Position numbers and translations under genes: made by a program
Notes under the pieces: generated by a model
What the model was told of the DNA's origin: nothing
Seen by the model: only the letters and a program-made list of their open reading frames with translations
Database searches by the model: none
In this document: piece after piece, positions 8,051-16,887 of the stretch
How the letters are laid out: every line of letters starts with the position of its first letter
How positions within the stretch are numbered: the first letter of the stretch is position 1
Source: a virus
Lineage: Duplodnaviria; Caudoviricetes
IMG/VR virus record: IMGVR_UViG_3300044512_000031
Location: 1 to 25,477 of that record
Reading direction: 5' to 3' (one strand)
Length of the DNA: 25,477 bases

Positions 8051-11000
8051 ATGTCTTTAGAAGCAGAGGTACTTGAAAATAGCATGAATACTTTAAATCT
8101 TACTCCCCTTAACAGGGTAGAAGAGGAAGAAGTAGAAGAGCAACAATCTCTCCCTGCTACAGATACTAGCTTAAACTTAACACCTTTACAAAAGGTAGAT
8201 GAGCCAGAAGAAAATAAAATATCTAAACTAGAATATATTAGTAATCCAGAAATAATGGATAAGATTAGACGTTTTGATAAAAGTAAATATGGTGAAGAAG
8301 GTGGTCAACAAGAAGGTGAAACTAACGAAGAATACTTTGAAAGATTTTTAACATTTAAAAGAGCTATAGAACAGAATACTATAGATCAATCGGGCATGAT
8401 TGATTGGATACGTACTGCTTCTCCTGAAGAGAGAGATGAATTTTTAGATGTATATATAGATGTAGAAAATAACCTACCTAATTTTTATCAGGAGGGTGGT
8501 GGTAATACTGGCAGTGCTATGCTTGATTACTTATTCTATACTGTATCTGAACCTATGAATTTAATAGGTGGTTTATTTGGTAAATTTTTTGGTAAGGCTG
8601 CAACTGCTAGTGTTAAAGAAACATTAATGAAGTATGGTAGAGAGGCAGCACTAAAAGAAGCTAAAAAAATTGGATTAAAAAGAGGTATTAAAATAGGTGC
8701 TGTAACTGAAGGTGCATTGCAAGCTGGTCAGGATATAGGAATGCAACGTATTGAACAGGCTAATTTAGATTTTGAAGATGTAGATATAGATTTAGGTAGA
8801 AGTGCTATTGTTGGGGGAGTTGGTGCAGCGGCTGGTGCTTTAGGCTTTGGGCTACAACAGCGAGGTGACTTTGCCGATTTGTCTGAGCGTATGGCATTTA
8901 GAGAAAAGGTTAAGAAAACTAAAGCTGATGAAATAGCAGCAGAAAAAGTAGCCAAACAACAATCCGATAGTGTATTAAAGGAAGCAGGAGAAGAAGCACC
9001 TGATGAAATATTTGATCCAGTAGAAGCAAAAGAATATCTAGAGATACTAGGCAATGTAGATAATATAGATTTAGTTGAATCTAAAGTAAGAACAGATATT
9101 CTTAATAGGATTAATAAAGTAGCACTGACTATCTTTGATGACTATACAGCTAGAGGCACAACACCTCCGGGTATAGAGGCGAACATGAAAGCTAATGAGG
9201 TTGTGCGTAATATCATACGTTCTACTGAAGCACAGGAATTAGATCCAGACCTATTAGATAAAGCAATATCCAAAGCAGGTTTAACTCCTGAAATATTTGA
9301 GGCTATAGTAGGCGTAACGTATAGTGATGCTGGTAAATCACTAGCTACACTAGCTCCAATGGGGCAGAGATTAAAGAAACTAAGAGAGCTACATCCTGAA
9401 TTTGTAAAGAGACTAGATGAGTTAGCAGGTGTGCAAGCTAGTTCTACTAATATCTTTGGTTATATCTGGGATGGTATAAGACGTTTAGACAGAGAAGGTA
9501 GAGCACTAGCTGTTACAAGATTTAGTACTACAGCAGGTAACTTAGCCACTCTCGCGGCAACACAAACTATGCAGGTAGGTTTTAATGCAGTAGAAAGTAC
9601 ACTGTACCACTTTGGTAAGTCTGCCAAATCTATATTAGAAGGCACTGCCTCTGTACAAGGTACAAAGAAAGGCATTAAAGATTTAGTAAAGGATACATTT
9701 GGAACTATAGCATACCTAGATGATCCACAGTTAGCTTCTGAGATGACAGAGTATATGCTACGTACTAATCCTGCATTAGCAAGAACTATAGACAGATCTC
9801 TTGGTGAAATAGGTGATGAAGGACTCAGTAAATTTACACGTATGGCTAACACACTAAACTTAATACAGGATGTGTATGCACGTAAGGCAGTATTCTCTGC
9901 TTCAGTAGACAAACATTTAAGAAGAGCAGGGCTAGACTTTGATACAGTACAAGCACAAGGTAAAGAGCTACCTATTAGTGTATTAAAAAATTCACAGAGG
10001 GATGCATTACAAGCTACCTTTGCTGCTATGCCACGTACTATAGCACAAGGAGGTGGTCGCACTGAGGATATAGCCCACACTTTTATTAAGTTTGTAGAGA
10101 AGTTACCTTTCGTACCTGTATTGGGTACTGGAGAACTTCCTTATGCTAGGTTTATGGTTAATGCAATGGCACACCAGCTATCCTTTAGTCCTGTAGGTGG
10201 TGTTAATGCTGCTGCAACCTTTACTAACGCTATGTATAGAAGGTTTGGTAGACAAATGAATGACGCTACCACCCAAGCAGATTTTGCTAAAGCCAGAACA
10301 CAATTTTCTAAGTCTGTAGTTGGTACGGCAGGATTGTATGCAGCTTTTAAATATCGTATGGAGAATCAAGATATAGAACCACATGAAATTAGAGGGCAGG
10401 ATGGTAAACCTAGTGATGTTAGAAGGTTCTGGCCTTTTGCTCCTATACTAACATTAGCTGATGTGTTCGTTAAGATTAAACTAGATAAATTTGATGAGAT
10501 TAGTTGGAGTAAAACAAAAGAAAATATAATAGGTACTAGATTCAGAATGGGTCAGTACGGTGGTGCTGTAGATGACATGATGGAGATCATGTACAAAGGT
10601 GTTACTGAAGGTATTGAAGCTGAAGAACTGGCAGATAAGTTTGGTGCGTATACAGGAGAGATGGGATCTAGATTTACTACACCTGCTAAGATAGTCACAG
10701 ATGCGTTAGCAATCTTTGATGATGAACAAGCAGTAGTAAGAGATGCTTCACAGGTAGAGGGTGTTACACCAGAAGAAAGATTCTTTGATGCAGCTAAGAA
10801 GAAGCTATACAACAACATGCCATTCTTACAGAAGTCCTTGCCTGTAAGAGAACAAACAACTAGAGAGGGAGATCGTTACTTACAAAGTCCTGTAATGAGA
10901 TTATTCTTTGGTATATCTTCAGTAGAACGTAGAAGTAAAATAGAAAACGAATTACTTAAACATGGCTTAGAAGATTACACACTAACACCACGTACAGGAG

Positions 11001-11377
11001 ACAAGAGAGCATCAGCCTTTGTAAATAAATACTTAGGTTCTTTTGTTGAGAAGGATCTAGGAGAGATAGTTGAATCTAAATACTATAAGGATGCAACTAA
11101 GAATGAACAGAAGCTAATAATAAATGATCAATTAGCGGAGGCTAAGAAGTTAGCAGAGATGCTAGGTAGGATGGACAGTAGAGATGTACAAGGTTCACGA
11201 GGTCCAACACCATTTACTAGAGGTGATTGGATTAAACTATCAGCACAGCAACGTGCTATAGCAGACGAAATGTATAAAGATAAATTTGGCAGATCGGTAG
11301 TAGAACAACAAAGGGAAGAACCCTCTGTTGATCACTTTTCTGAAGCTGTTGAAATTGCAAAACTGCTATCTCGTTAA
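8051..11377 (+). CDS. Large putative internal virion protein (about 1108 aa)
   Basis: ATG 8051 lies 2 nt after the upstream stop and is preferred to the track start at 8003. Gly/Ala-rich hydrophobic segments (AIVGGVGAAAGALGFG). Last gene of the structural block, the position of the largest ejection protein in T7-like podoviruses. Confidence 0.65.
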   Translation: MSLEAEVLENSMNTLNLTPLNRVEEEEVEEQQSLPATDTSLNLTPLQKVDEPEENKISKLEYISNPEIMDKIRRFDKSKYGEEGGQQEGETNEEYFERFLTFKRAIEQNTIDQSGMIDWIRTASPEERDEFLDVYIDVENNLPNFYQEGGGNTGSAMLDYLFYTVSEPMNLIGGLFGKFFGKAATASVKETLMKYGREAALKEAKKIGLKRGIKIGAVTEGALQAGQDIGMQRIEQANLDFEDVDIDLGRSAIVGGVGAAAGALGFGLQQRGDFADLSERMAFREKVKKTKADEIAAEKVAKQQSDSVLKEAGEEAPDEIFDPVEAKEYLEILGNVDNIDLVESKVRTDILNRINKVALTIFDDYTARGTTPPGIEANMKANEVVRNIIRSTEAQELDPDLLDKAISKAGLTPEIFEAIVGVTYSDAGKSLATLAPMGQRLKKLRELHPEFVKRLDELAGVQASSTNIFGYIWDGIRRLDREGRALAVTRFSTTAGNLATLAATQTMQVGFNAVESTLYHFGKSAKSILEGTASVQGTKKGIKDLVKDTFGTIAYLDDPQLASEMTEYMLRTNPALARTIDRSLGEIGDEGLSKFTRMANTLNLIQDVYARKAVFSASVDKHLRRAGLDFDTVQAQGKELPISVLKNSQRDALQATFAAMPRTIAQGGGRTEDIAHTFIKFVEKLPFVPVLGTGELPYARFMVNAMAHQLSFSPVGGVNAAATFTNAMYRRFGRQMNDATTQADFAKARTQFSKSVVGTAGLYAAFKYRMENQDIEPHEIRGQDGKPSDVRRFWPFAPILTLADVFVKIKLDKFDEISWSKTKENIIGTRFRMGQYGGAVDDMMEIMYKGVTEGIEAEELADKFGAYTGEMGSRFTTPAKIVTDALAIFDDEQAVVRDASQVEGVTPEERFFDAAKKKLYNNMPFLQKSLPVREQTTREGDRYLQSPVMRLFFGISSVERRSKIENELLKHGLEDYTLTPRTGDKRASAFVNKYLGSFVEKDLGEIVESKYYKDATKNEQKLIINDQLAEAKKLAEMLGRMDSRDVQGSRGPTPFTRGDWIKLSAQQRAIADEMYKDKFGRSVVEQQREEPSVDHFSEAVEIAKLLSR

Positions 11378-11757
11378 CGCTTATCACCACTACCCTGTAT
11401 CGTACCTTTCTTTAACCTAGCTTCTAGCTTATCTTTATTCTGTTTAGCTATAACACCCAACGACATGTCAAGATCAGATGCCAGTGCTGCACAGTACCAC
11501 AGCACATCACCTATCTCTGATGCTAGTTGTTCCTTCCAATCGTGAGGCATGGTATCTTCACCATCTCTAATAAGTTTCTTTACCTTATTAGCTACCTCAC
11601 CTGCTTCCCCAACCAAACCTAAAGCTGGATATGTAATCCTATATTCTCGTGGATATATAGCTGTTGTCTGTGCGATCTTTTGATAGTCATTAAAATCTAA
11701 CATTGCATATCTCTCCTTTAACCAGTTAAGTGCCGACTGTTCTAAGTTGCTCTTCAT
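11374..11757 (-). CDS. mazG: MazG-like nucleoside triphosphate pyrophosphohydrolase
   Basis: FNDYQ...YPALGLVGEAGEVANKVKK...EIGDVLWYCAALA...NKDKL motif set. An alternative start at 11703 also has an AAGGAG RBS. Confidence 0.9.
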   Translation of the reverse strand: MKSNLEQSALNWLKERYAMLDFNDYQKIAQTTAIYPREYRITYPALGLVGEAGEVANKVKKLIRDGEDTMPHDWKEQLASEIGDVLWYCAALASDLDMSLGVIAKQNKDKLEARLKKGTIQGSGDKR

Positions 11758-11935
11758 GCTTCACCTTTCGTAGTGTCTCAAAGTAGGCCTTGTTATAACC
11801 ACGTTCCCACTCTCTAGATTGCATGGAGTTTTCTTTGTATGGGTTGGTATACTTTGCTCCCCTATAGAAAGCGTCGTAACCTCTACGCCACTGTATTTTT
11901 AGTGGTGCATCATTCTTGTTTAGTCCTCTACGCAT
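11726..11935 (-). CDS. Small basic protein with an Rmf-like motif
   Basis: RGYDAFYRG...NPY...REWERGY resembles the ribosome modulation factor pattern RGYxAGxxG...CPY...WLxGW. RBS GGGAG. Confidence 0.55.
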   Translation of the reverse strand: MRRGLNKNDAPLKIQWRRGYDAFYRGAKYTNPYKENSMQSREWERGYNKAYFETLRKVKHEEQLRTVGT

Positions 11936-11949
11936 ACTACTTCTCCCTG

Positions 11950-12426
11950 CTAATTCGGTTGATCCAATTCAGTAATTGCCATATTATAACAATCAGACCT
12001 GATAACAAAGTTATTGTCACCATCTTTATCGCCTTTCTTTTTAAACACAGCCTTATCAAAGTACTCTATCTTATCCTTACTACCTAAGAACCATGCAGTG
12101 CTAAGATCTTTTTTAACACGTACAAAAGCATACATGTCACACTTCTGTCTGGTATTTAACTTAGCCACAGAACATTCGTAATGACTTAGTGGAGGTACAC
12201 TTGTCTGCTTTGTCTTTACGTCTACTGTCTTACCATTGTCAAGCATGATGTCATAGTCATAAGTGTTCAACCACTTACCTCCCATTACTTTCAGAGCTAC
12301 CTGCTCCCCTATGAAACCTGCTAGTGTACCTCCACCATTCAAGATGGACTGCTGTAACATGCCCATCTCTAACATCTTGTGCCTAGCTTCCATTACCATA
12401 TCGTCTGTTATATCTAATGCGATCAT
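11950..12426 (-). CDS. PD-(D/E)XK restriction-endonuclease-like protein
   Basis: GFIGE...YDYDI...TVDVKTK pattern. RBS AAGGAG. Confidence 0.6.
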   Translation of the reverse strand: MIALDITDDMVMEARHKMLEMGMLQQSILNGGGTLAGFIGEQVALKVMGGKWLNTYDYDIMLDNGKTVDVKTKQTSVPPLSHYECSVAKLNTRQKCDMYAFVRVKKDLSTAWFLGSKDKIEYFDKAVFKKKGDKDGDNNFVIRSDCYNMAITELDQPN

Positions 12427-12438
12427 ATTGTATACTCC

Positions 12439-14376
12439 TTATGCAGTTAAGTCAACAACTTCACATACACCTGCTGAACAGGCTAGTTCCCTGCCTCCAG
12501 ATGTACCGTCTTCTTTTTCGTAGTCAGATAGCTTACTCCAATCTATTCTACTTGGCATACGCTTAACCATCTCCATGCATGTAGACTTATCTACCTCTTG
12601 ATAGGGAGCTTGCTTATATACATGCTCACTGTAAGGTAGAAAGCTAATGCCTGATAGATCATCAAAGTTTTCATATACCCATGCTCCTACTTCCATCCAT
12701 TCATTCTGTTTAACTGATATTGTAACAGATGGTTTGTGTTCACACCAGTGTGTTTGATATGTTAGCCACAGATTTAATTGCTCTATAGCTGTCATGTCAT
12801 TACGTGTGACAGCCCCTGTTGGTGCTATAGTAGGAAAGCTAAACACTGTAGTGTCTAATGGCTTAGTAACGTCAGGCTCATTAGGTATACCCATATCAAC
12901 CATGAACTGTGTCATAGGGTCTTTGTTATCAGCACGTACTGTCCTGATGTAGTATGGGCTATGCCTTGCATGAATGCCACTAGCACTGTCTACTAACTGT
13001 GACACAGTACCTGATGGCTTAACACATGTAATAGCTACTGACATGTTAATACCTATTGCTTCTGCTATCTCTTTGTTGGTATCTACAGCTACCTGCTTTA
13101 GTTCCTCTAGTATCTTAGGAAGAGTAAGACTCTGATGTGTGCCATTTAACAATGGACAGTCCATGATACCTGTAAGAGATACGCCTAACAACCTTTCTTC
13201 TTCTGTGTTAGTCTTCCATATCTTACGTAGGTATCTAAAATCAGTAAGTGTAGACTGTAATGTACCTAGTATAGTAGCTAACTTTACTTTCTCTTTAAGT
13301 GTTTTAAGTGTATCAGTATTACGTGCGACTACTTCTGACAGGTTACAGAATTGAAATGGTCTTAGTATAATCTCAGAACATGGGTTACAACCAAAGACAT
13401 GATCACTATCTCTTCTGCCAGTTTTAGATGCTTGCTTCAGTGCTGACTGCCTGTTGAATATACCACGTTCACCTGACTGACTTTCGTACAGTGATGTCCA
13501 CTCTCGCATGAATGTTCCCATGTCAGGTTTAGTACTGTACGCTACACTGTTATTAGCTAGTGCTCTCTGTCCTTCATTCTCCCACCACTGTCCTGACTTA
13601 GCATGACGCATCTGGTCATCATCAATGTCTGACAGGCTGATCAATGCACTACGTCTTACACCACCTACAACTACTACCTCACCTATCTTACACATGATGT
13701 CATGGCATTCTAGTGGTGTTAGTCTACGTCCTACCGCACCTTTAAACTTCTCAATGCAGAAGTTAAACAGATCCTCTAGTGGTGCAGGACCAGATGCCCT
13801 ACCACCAAACGTCTTTAGCCTAGCACCAGCAGGACGTACTGCACTGACATCCCATGTAGGTATCTGACCAGAGTATAACATAGCTAGTAATTCTTTCAGA
13901 GACTTTGCCCAACCAACACGTGAGTCTCCTACCTTAATTACTGTATCAGAACTATGCAGTTCTTCATTAACTATGGGTAGCTTATCTGTATACTGTCTTT
14001 CAACAGAGAAGCCAACACCTGTACCACACATAAGTATGTACATGCATTCATCAAATACTCTTGGTGTATCTACTGTCATGTATGAACAGTTGTAACTAGG
14101 TACGTGGCATATATCCAATGGTGCACCTGCTGTCATCAATGCTCTCATACTTGGCATAATATTTAAGTCCTGTACTGCACTAGATAGTTTCTCGTGTATA
14201 CTGTCAGGCATTATGTAGCCATACTTCTCTAGTACATAACTTTCAAGATAGTTAAAGTATCTCTCGACTGTTTCAAGCCAACCTTCACGCCTCTGATCAC
14301 CTTCTCTCCATCTGGCATAACGTGATAGTGCAATAAAATTTTGGTAGTCAGAACTTAAATAGTTATTTGTGTGCAT
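12439..14376 (-). CDS. nrdJ: Class II (adenosylcobalamin-dependent) ribonucleotide reductase
   Basis: PSMR, YNCSY, GGVRRSALI, GCNPCSEI (thiyl Cys), TCVKPSGTVSQL, and C-terminal CSAGVC redox pair. No beta-subunit gene nearby. Confidence 0.9.
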   Translation of the reverse strand: MHTNNYLSSDYQNFIALSRYARWREGDQRREGWLETVERYFNYLESYVLEKYGYIMPDSIHEKLSSAVQDLNIMPSMRALMTAGAPLDICHVPSYNCSYMTVDTPRVFDECMYILMCGTGVGFSVERQYTDKLPIVNEELHSSDTVIKVGDSRVGWAKSLKELLAMLYSGQIPTWDVSAVRPAGARLKTFGGRASGPAPLEDLFNFCIEKFKGAVGRRLTPLECHDIMCKIGEVVVVGGVRRSALISLSDIDDDQMRHAKSGQWWENEGQRALANNSVAYSTKPDMGTFMREWTSLYESQSGERGIFNRQSALKQASKTGRRDSDHVFGCNPCSEIILRPFQFCNLSEVVARNTDTLKTLKEKVKLATILGTLQSTLTDFRYLRKIWKTNTEEERLLGVSLTGIMDCPLLNGTHQSLTLPKILEELKQVAVDTNKEIAEAIGINMSVAITCVKPSGTVSQLVDSASGIHARHSPYYIRTVRADNKDPMTQFMVDMGIPNEPDVTKPLDTTVFSFPTIAPTGAVTRNDMTAIEQLNLWLTYQTHWCEHKPSVTISVKQNEWMEVGAWVYENFDDLSGISFLPYSEHVYKQAPYQEVDKSTCMEMVKRMPSRIDWSKLSDYEKEDGTSGGRELACSAGVCEVVDLTA

Positions 14377-14378
14377 GT

Positions 14379-14540
14379 CTATCTCTCCATAGTAATTTTT
14401 AATGATGATACCTCTAAGCCTCCTACATCGTGGATATAGTCACGTAAGCCATCATCTATTTCAGATGCGACATCTCCATCAGAAGGCATAGGATACTCTT
14501 CTTTGTCAATGTCTAAGGTTAAAAATACTTTTATTTTCAT
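14379..14540 (-). CDS. Hypothetical protein (53 aa), missing from the ORF track
   Basis: Hand translation: MKIKVFLTLDIDKEEYPMPSDGDVASEIDDGLRDYIHDVGGLEVSSLKITMER*. ATGA overlap with the upstream stop; fills the gap to the RNR start. Confidence 0.8.
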   Translation of the reverse strand: MKIKVFLTLDIDKEEYPMPSDGDVASEIDDGLRDYIHDVGGLEVSSLKITMER

Positions 14541-14842
14541 GTAAATGATTCCGCTAATTCACTCACTTCATTCTTCTCAGTTTCTTCTATTAGTTTATTA
14601 AGATACCACTGTGCTTTCTTAAGATCTTCAACTGGTTTGTTCTTGTACTCATATCTCCATAGATACTTGATTACTGTGCCTTGTAGATAATACTTGTACC
14701 CTGCATCAGTAGCTGCACCTATAGCATCTATACATTCTATACCACTTTTATTATAGTGTGGTGGACTATTTACCATATCAGCAAAAGGTAGTTCAGGTTC
14801 TGATATAGTAAACGTGTTATCTCCCATTGTAATTGTCTGCAT
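14537..14842 (-). CDS. DUF3310 family protein (T7 gp1.7-like putative nucleotide kinase)
   Basis: VNSPPHY...IECIDAI...KYLWRY..K...EDLKKAQWYL. Confidence 0.85.
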   Translation of the reverse strand: MQTITMGDNTFTISEPELPFADMVNSPPHYNKSGIECIDAIGAATDAGYKYYLQGTVIKYLWRYEYKNKPVEDLKKAQWYLNKLIEETEKNEVSELAESFT

Positions 14843-15204
14843 TATGCTGATCCTTTCGTTTTAGTGTTAAAGGTTAAGTGTATTACATTACCATCTATGC
14901 TAGTTACTTCTGCCTGAACAGGTTCAGTTATATGTGTCTTTGGTAACGTGTCATTCTCGTAGTCTGTTACGTAATTACTTATGTCACTTCTTAGTACTTC
15001 ATCATACTCCATCATAGGTACAGAAGCACAAATCATTTTAGTCAAATGCATCAGCTTTGTAAAGTCCTCTCCTGTAAGTTTGTGTTTGTCATCCCACATT
15101 ATACATATATCTACATCACCATTCCACTGACCATCTACCATATGAGGACGCAATCGTATTGCAAAATCATTAGGATCAAACTCAGGTGTTATTTCTTCTG
15201 TCAT
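14842..15204 (-). CDS. Hypothetical protein (120 aa)
   Basis: Translationally coupled at both ends (ATGA and TAATG). RBS GAGGAG. Confidence 0.8.
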   Translation of the reverse strand: MTEEITPEFDPNDFAIRLRPHMVDGQWNGDVDICIMWDDKHKLTGEDFTKLMHLTKMICASVPMMEYDEVLRSDISNYVTDYENDTLPKTHITEPVQAEVTSIDGNVIHLTFNTKTKGSA

Positions 15205-15656
15205 ACGATTCTCCTCTTAGTTCCTGTAAAGGCTATAAACTTTTTGTGTTTGTTCTTGCCTTTTTCTTTTAACCATTCTTCAGGTATAACCCTGTTACTA
15301 TACAGTAAGCCATACTTATAACACCATTCTCCATACGTACTCTTCGCTCCTTTACGTAGCTTTCTTCTACTGTTTTCAAAGACAAATCTTATATCCAGTT
15401 TAGGATGTTGTCTCTTAATTGCGAGATGCTTACGCCTATCAGCAGCAGTAAACATCCCCTTAGACTCTATGATTATACCATTATCCAGTACAAAATCAGG
15501 AGTATAGGTACGGTAGGCTAGATCTTCCCACTCTATCTTAAGGCTTTCATATGTAAACTTTACTTTTAAAACCTTAAGCTCATCTGCGAGTTTCTTTTCT
15601 AAGCCTGACCTGTACCCATACTTCCTTGCATGAGAGAACTTTGTATAGTTCATCAC
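15201..15656 (-). CDS. Endonuclease I (T7 gp3-like Holliday junction resolvase)
   Basis: YRSGLE...YTPDF.L.NGIIIESKG.F...DRRKHL..K.QHP.LDIRFVF...IPEEWL. Confidence 0.92.
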   Translation of the reverse strand: MMNYTKFSHARKYGYRSGLEKKLADELKVLKVKFTYESLKIEWEDLAYRTYTPDFVLDNGIIIESKGMFTAADRRKHLAIKRQHPKLDIRFVFENSRRKLRKGAKSTYGEWCYKYGLLYSNRVIPEEWLKEKGKNKHKKFIAFTGTKRRIV

Positions 15657-15659
15657 GTG

Positions 15660-15887
15660 TTATGAAGCTCTGCCATGCCAGAATGAAAATGCACCAGAGC
15701 CTAGTTGATTTACACCGTAGCCTAGTGTCTTTAGCTCCTCACGTATCGTAGAGTCTATGTCTTTCCTAGCCTCTAATGCAGCACGTAAGGAAGCAGTACG
15801 CTTCTCTTTGTACTCACGTTTCATTTCAGATAGCTGTGATTCAGCTTCTCTGATTGCACTTTCTAATTCTGCTAAGTCTGTGTCCAT
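15660..15887 (-). CDS. Small coiled-coil protein (75 aa)
   Basis: LAELESAIREAESQLSEMKREY heptads. RBS AAGGGG. Confidence 0.75.
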   Translation of the reverse strand: MDTDLAELESAIREAESQLSEMKREYKEKRTASLRAALEARKDIDSTIREELKTLGYGVNQLGSGAFSFWHGRAS

Positions 15888-16024
15888 TCTTCTAACCCCT
15901 TTCTGTTTTCATTCTTACCATATGCATCGTAGTGATGCTTACCATTACGAAACTGTCCATTCTCTACAGCTTCCTTAACGTCTGGATTTGCCTCAAGATA
16001 ACTTGCTTCAGGAAAATCAGTCAT
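15872..16024 (-). CDS. 50-aa stand-alone YLxxNPDV-repeat protein, missing from the ORF track
   Basis: Hand translation: MTDFPEASYLEANPDVKEAVENGQFRNGKHHYDAYGKNENRKGLEEWTQT*. RBS AAGGAG, ATGA overlap with the exonuclease stop. 17 of 38 positions identical, ungapped, to repeat 1 of ORF 2538-5810. Confidence 0.85.
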   Translation of the reverse strand: MTDFPEASYLEANPDVKEAVENGQFRNGKHHYDAYGKNENRKGLEEWTQT

Positions 16025-16887
16025 GCTTTACTCTCCTTCTCTATATGCACGTAAGAAACTATCTTAGGTTCCTTTGCACGTGACTTCAATGCTGGCAGTT
16101 CTTTCAACTTAGGCCAACAGGTTTTGCGGAAAGAACACCAGCTACACTCACTGCCTAGTATTTTATTTCCTGTTGGTTTACCATTAAAGGTTTCATCTAC
16201 TGCATCAAAACATCTCTTGAACTCATTATCATTAACAGTCTTAACTGTCTTGTTAATATGGTACATTTCTTCCATCATGTCAATGCCTTTAGCTGGTACA
16301 TATTTAAAGCTACCATTTGCTTTATTAACTACCCACCAACCACCGGGCTTAAGACCTGATGCTGTAGCGTACCCTGCAAGTTGACCCACATAACCAAACG
16401 AGTCATGTGCTTTTAACGTAGCAAAGTCTTTGAACTTATTTCTATAGGACCAATCAGATGCAGACTTAATATCATCTACAGCCCCATCAATCTCTATATC
16501 ATAAGTGCCTTTAATCTTAGTGTCTTGTTCAGGTAGGTCTAGCTCTACTGTATCAGCATCTCCATACTCTACCTTCGCTTCAGTCAATAGTCCTTTGAAT
16601 ACTGCCTCTACTATATCTCCTAACATCATATTCATTACAAAGTTACTGGGTAGGGGCTGTGCTTTCTCAGGCTGGTTCTTTTGAAACCAGAGTTGGCAAG
16701 AGGGTCTGCCTATATTAGACATCCTCAAGCCGAACTCACCACGCTTGTTGCCCCCACCAAACTGACGAGCTAGTGCATCCATGACATCCTTACCAATACG
16801 TTCTATTGTATCTTCAGATAACACAGCTTTACCATTAGCTGCATCTGTCATGTACTGCGCTAGTGCCAGTTCAGCAGGATGATTCAT
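16021..16887 (-). CDS. PD-(D/E)XK (RecB/Cas4-like) exonuclease
   Basis: RMSNIGRPSCQLW, G...E, GTYD...DDIKSAS, GYVGQLAGY, and C-terminal CSWCSFRKTCW. Confidence 0.8.
   Translation of the reverse strand: MNHPAELALAQYMTDAANGKAVLSEDTIERIGKDVMDALARQFGGGNKRGEFGLRMSNIGRPSCQLWFQKNQPEKAQPLPSNFVMNMMLGDIVEAVFKGLLTEAKVEYGDADTVELDLPEQDTKIKGTYDIEIDGAVDDIKSASDWSYRNKFKDFATLKAHDSFGYVGQLAGYATASGLKPGGWWVVNKANGSFKYVPAKGIDMMEEMYHINKTVKTVNDNEFKRCFDAVDETFNGKPTGNKILGSECSWCSFRKTCWPKLKELPALKSRAKEPKIVSYVHIEKESKA

Noticed and set aside
1228-10818. Minus-strand ORFs of 60-206 aa in the structural block (e.g. 9460-10080)
   Set aside because: Antisense shadows of long + strand genes, Ser/Leu-rich, without recognisable motifs.
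16255-16283. Possible - strand promoter TTGACA-17-CATATT inside the exonuclease gene, upstream of the 50-aa repeat gene
   Set aside because: The -10 match is weak (4/6), the site is intragenic, and the small gene is already translationally coupled to the exonuclease.
16021-16887. Cas4-like nuclease as evidence for CRISPR-Cas
   Set aside because: Stand-alone PD-(D/E)XK exonucleases are normal in this replication module. There is no array and no other cas gene.
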